DNA of 60,156 nt from a virus. The DNA lies in the IMG/VR virus record IMGVR_UViG_3300010398_000003, positions 1 through 60,156 of that record, one strand, 5' to 3'. The position numbers and the translations under genes were made by a program. Below the pieces are notes generated by a model. That model ran no database searches and had not been told where the DNA came from. It saw only the letters and a program-made list of their open reading frames with translations. Shown piece by piece: positions 57,911 to 60,156 of this stretch. The first letter of the stretch is position 1. Every line of letters begins with the position of its first letter.

Positions 57911-57933
57911 CCTGTCGAGTATACCTCTACAGG
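57911..57933 (-). promoter_or_regulatory. 23-bp dyad element D at the outer edge of the island
   Basis: The minus strand reads CCTGTAGAGGTATACTCGACAGG. A possible TGGACC-17 nt-TATACT hexamer pair overlaps it. Confidence 0.5.
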
Positions 57934-57957
57934 GAGATCGGGTCCACACAGAGATGT

Positions 57958-57985
57958 GGCCCGCCGGTGACCAGGCCGGCGGGCC
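57958..57985. other. GC hairpin between the island and the capsid gene
   Basis: GGCCCGCCGG (57958-57967) pairs perfectly with CCGGCGGGCC (57976-57985) around an 8-nt loop. No T-tract. Confidence 0.4.
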
Positions 57986-58067
57986 GAGACACATCCCCGG
58001 AGAGGAGGAGGTGTCCACCACGGTACGGCACCCGTGCGATACCGCGCCACTTCGAGATCTTCGGTCG

Positions 58068-58097
58068 TTGCGTCCCACCTGGAGGAATGCGTACAGT
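58068..58097 (+). promoter_or_regulatory. possible sigma70-like promoter for the capsid-tail-lysis operon
   Basis: TTGCGT (58068-58073)-18 nt-TACAGT (58092-58097), about 75 nt upstream of ATG 58173. This is a hexamer match only. Confidence 0.25.
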
Positions 58098-58172
58098 AGC
58101 GGCCAGCAACGTTGACGGTGCTGGCGGGAGGGCCGGCCGCGACGTGTGGAGCGAACGTGAGGACAGCTCCCC

Positions 58173-59981
58173 ATGGACGTGGCAGAGATCCAACTCCCCA
58201 CCAATCTGAGTGCCACCAACGCCGACGGCGCGTACGCGGTCACCGACGAGACCCTGGACGAGCTGTACGACACCGCCTTCGCCGCCGCCAAGCCCCTCGC
58301 GGACAAGGTCAACGCGGGCGAGGACATCCCCGACGCCGAACTGGACACGCTGACGCGCCTGTCCGCCGTCGTCACCGGGGTCGGCGAGGAGCGCACCCGG
58401 CGCACCGAGGCCGACACCGCCAGCGCCGTACGGTCCGCGAAGGCCAAGGACGCCGCCGCCCAGTTCGCCACCAAGCCGGCCGCCAAGCCGGACGGTGACG
58501 ACGAGCCCGATGGCGACGAGGGTGGCGACAAGCCGGCGGCCCGCAAGAAGGTCGGCGTGGCCGCCGTGGCCGCCTCCGCCGGCAAGGGGCCAGCCGACAA
58601 GGCGCCCGAGGTGGAAGAGGACCGGCAGCACTACGGCACGCTCGTCTCGTCTGCCGACTCGGCGAACGCGGGCGTCACCCCGGGCCAGAAGTTCAAGGAC
58701 TGGAAGCAGGTCGGCCAGGCGCTCGACGAGCAGATGGACATCCTGCGCTCGATGGCCGAGGGCGGCATGCAGGCCAGCGCGCGCCGGCACGTCCTCCAGG
58801 TCCGCCGGGAGTATCCGGCCGAGCTGCGGTTGATGCCGGGCGACAACGAGGAGGCCGCGTACCAGAAGCTGGAGCACGCGGTCAGCATGGGTCGGCTCCC
58901 GGGCGGGGCCCTGACGGCCGCTGCTGGCTGGTGCGCGCCGTCGCAGATCCTGTACGACCTGTACGAGATCGAGAACGGTACGGACGGCATGTACGACGTG
59001 CCGGAACTCCAGATCAGCAGGGGCGGCATCCAGTACACCGCCGGCCCGGACTTCTCCGCCATCTGGGGTGGTTCCTCGTCGAGCCCCGCATGGCCCCAGG
59101 GCTACTGGCACCAGACGGAGGCCCAGGTCCAGGCGGCCACGTCCAAGCCGACCATGGTCGTGCCGTGTCCGTCCTTCACGAACACGCGGCTGGAGGTCGA
59201 CGGCGTCCAGATCACCGGGGCCTTCCTCCAGGACCGGGGATACCCGGAACTGGTGGCCCGGTTCAGCCGTGGCGCCATGGTGGTGCACAACCGGCGGATG
59301 AACGCGTTCAAATTGAACGTGGTCACCGACGGCAGCACGGTGATCGACCTGACCGGCGCGAACTGGCCCGGTACCGTCGTCGAGTCCAAGGACCTGACCA
59401 CGGTGTCCCGGCTGCTGGCCGCCTTCGGCATCCAGGCGATGGACTACCGGTACCGGTACCGGATGGGCCTGACCGACCAGATCGAGGTCATCCTGCCGTA
59501 CTGGGTGGTCGAGTACGTGCGGGCCGACATCCAGCGCCGGACGTTCATGAGTCCGGACGACGCGTTCACGATCGCCGTGTCCCAGCTGACCGCCTGGTTC
59601 AACGCGCGGAACATGCGTCTCCAGCTGGTCTACGACTGGCAGGACGCGTTCAACACGCCGACCACCGCCAACCAGTGGGGTAGCGGCCGGTTCACCACCG
59701 ACACGCACACCAACGTCGGCAACCCGGCCGCGCAGATCTACACGCTGCCCACCACCGTCTACGGCCTGATGTACGCGCCGGGGACCTGGGTGGCCGGCGT
59801 CTCCGACGTAATCCGGCTCGACACCGTGTACGACGCGGCGAACCTGGCCCTCAACCAGTACGTCCAGCTGTTCACGGAAGAGGGCATCCTGATGGCGAAG
59901 CGTGGCTACGAGTCGCGCCTCCTGAAGGTCACCATCGAGCCCTCGGGCACCACCTCCGCCACCACCTCGATGACGGTGTAG
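58173..59981 (+). CDS. major capsid protein with N-terminal scaffold-like (delta) region
   Basis: 602 aa. The first 230 aa or so are charged, low-complexity and coiled (KPAAKPDGDDEPDGDEGGDKPAARKK). The C-terminal 370 aa or so carry AAAGWCAPSQILYDLYEI, PELQISRGGIQY and NQYVQLFTEEGILMAKRGYESRLLKV, which read like an HK97-fold coat protein. Confidence 0.7.
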   Translation: MDVAEIQLPTNLSATNADGAYAVTDETLDELYDTAFAAAKPLADKVNAGEDIPDAELDTLTRLSAVVTGVGEERTRRTEADTASAVRSAKAKDAAAQFATKPAAKPDGDDEPDGDEGGDKPAARKKVGVAAVAASAGKGPADKAPEVEEDRQHYGTLVSSADSANAGVTPGQKFKDWKQVGQALDEQMDILRSMAEGGMQASARRHVLQVRREYPAELRLMPGDNEEAAYQKLEHAVSMGRLPGGALTAAAGWCAPSQILYDLYEIENGTDGMYDVPELQISRGGIQYTAGPDFSAIWGGSSSSPAWPQGYWHQTEAQVQAATSKPTMVVPCPSFTNTRLEVDGVQITGAFLQDRGYPELVARFSRGAMVVHNRRMNAFKLNVVTDGSTVIDLTGANWPGTVVESKDLTTVSRLLAAFGIQAMDYRYRYRMGLTDQIEVILPYWVVEYVRADIQRRTFMSPDDAFTIAVSQLTAWFNARNMRLQLVYDWQDAFNTPTTANQWGSGRFTTDTHTNVGNPAAQIYTLPTTVYGLMYAPGTWVAGVSDVIRLDTVYDAANLALNQYVQLFTEEGILMAKRGYESRLLKVTIEPSGTTSATTSMTV

Positions 59982-60033
59982 CGGATCCAGGAATCGCTGG
60001 GGGCCGGCTCGCGGCCGGCCCCCGCAGCCCGAG

Positions 60034-60156
60034 GAGGAAAGATCATGGCGAGTATCCAGGAGCTGGAGAGCTTCCCTGTCCCGGTCGTCTCCGCCGCGTA
60101 CACCGCGACCGGCGACACCACCAACGCCGGCCCGGTCATCCCGTTCAAGGGCACTC
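60034..60156. repeat. terminal overlap copy 2, identical to 1..123
   Basis: An exact 123-nt repeat of the window start. It contains the RBS and the first 37 codons of CDS 12..422 (ATG at 60045), so that partial ORF is a duplicate and not a separate gene. Confidence 0.95.

Noticed and set aside
1-60156. CRISPR arrays, rRNA genes, transposase/IS elements, attP core
   Set aside because: No regularly spaced direct repeats were seen. No rRNA-like segments were seen. No transposase, integrase-like ORFs or terminal inverted repeats were seen while reading the window.

Overview
The window is one complete, very GC-rich tailed-phage genome with actinobacterial-style codon usage. It looks like a siphovirus. 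Bases 1-123 are repeated exactly at 60034-60156, so the unit length is 60,033 bp plus a 123-bp closure or terminal overlap.

Layout:
- Late plus-strand block: terL 41335, a DUF1360 membrane protein, portal, MuF-like protein, a 1,324-aa protein ending in an R-S-ExE ADP-ribosyltransferase domain, and the prohead protease. It ends at a terminator at 53544-53577.
- Inverted island, 53586-57933 (about 4.3 kb, minus strand). It has three sub-operons and interrupts the head module. It encodes an intact ADP-ribosylglycohydrolase.
- Capsid gene 58173-59981. Continuing across the junction at base 1: head-tail, tail, tape measure (6749-9244), minor tail and receptor-binding genes, then a lysis cassette ending near 18177.
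- Leftward early operon 25250 to 18364: HTH protein, replication organiser, SLOG/DUF2493, ERF recombinase, RHH protein.
- Rightward early/middle genes 25334-39128: HNH, ParB-like, DUF932, DEDDh exonuclease, HTH and RHH proteins, a terminase-small-subunit-like protein, a RyR-like protein, and a DUF2829/Tad2-like protein.
- A two-gene leftward operon 40031 to 39229, and a chain of coupled small ORFs 40114-40984.

Most notable observations:
1. A packaged-toxin-like ADP-ribosyltransferase next to MuF, paired with an ADP-ribosylglycohydrolase in the inverted island.
2. A roughly 1.1-kb coding-poor, hairpin-dense segment (30013-31133). It contains three tRNA-like cloverleaves with GTTCGA T-loops but no canonical anticodon loops.
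3. A 23-bp dyad element, TGTAG-N9-C(G/T)ACAGG, present 11 times at operon starts. Three copies are coupled to a TTGAC-N6-GTCAA palindrome that overlaps a -35 box.

No integrase, CRISPR array, rRNA or canonical tRNA was recognised. All functional calls rest on motifs read by eye. No database search was run.
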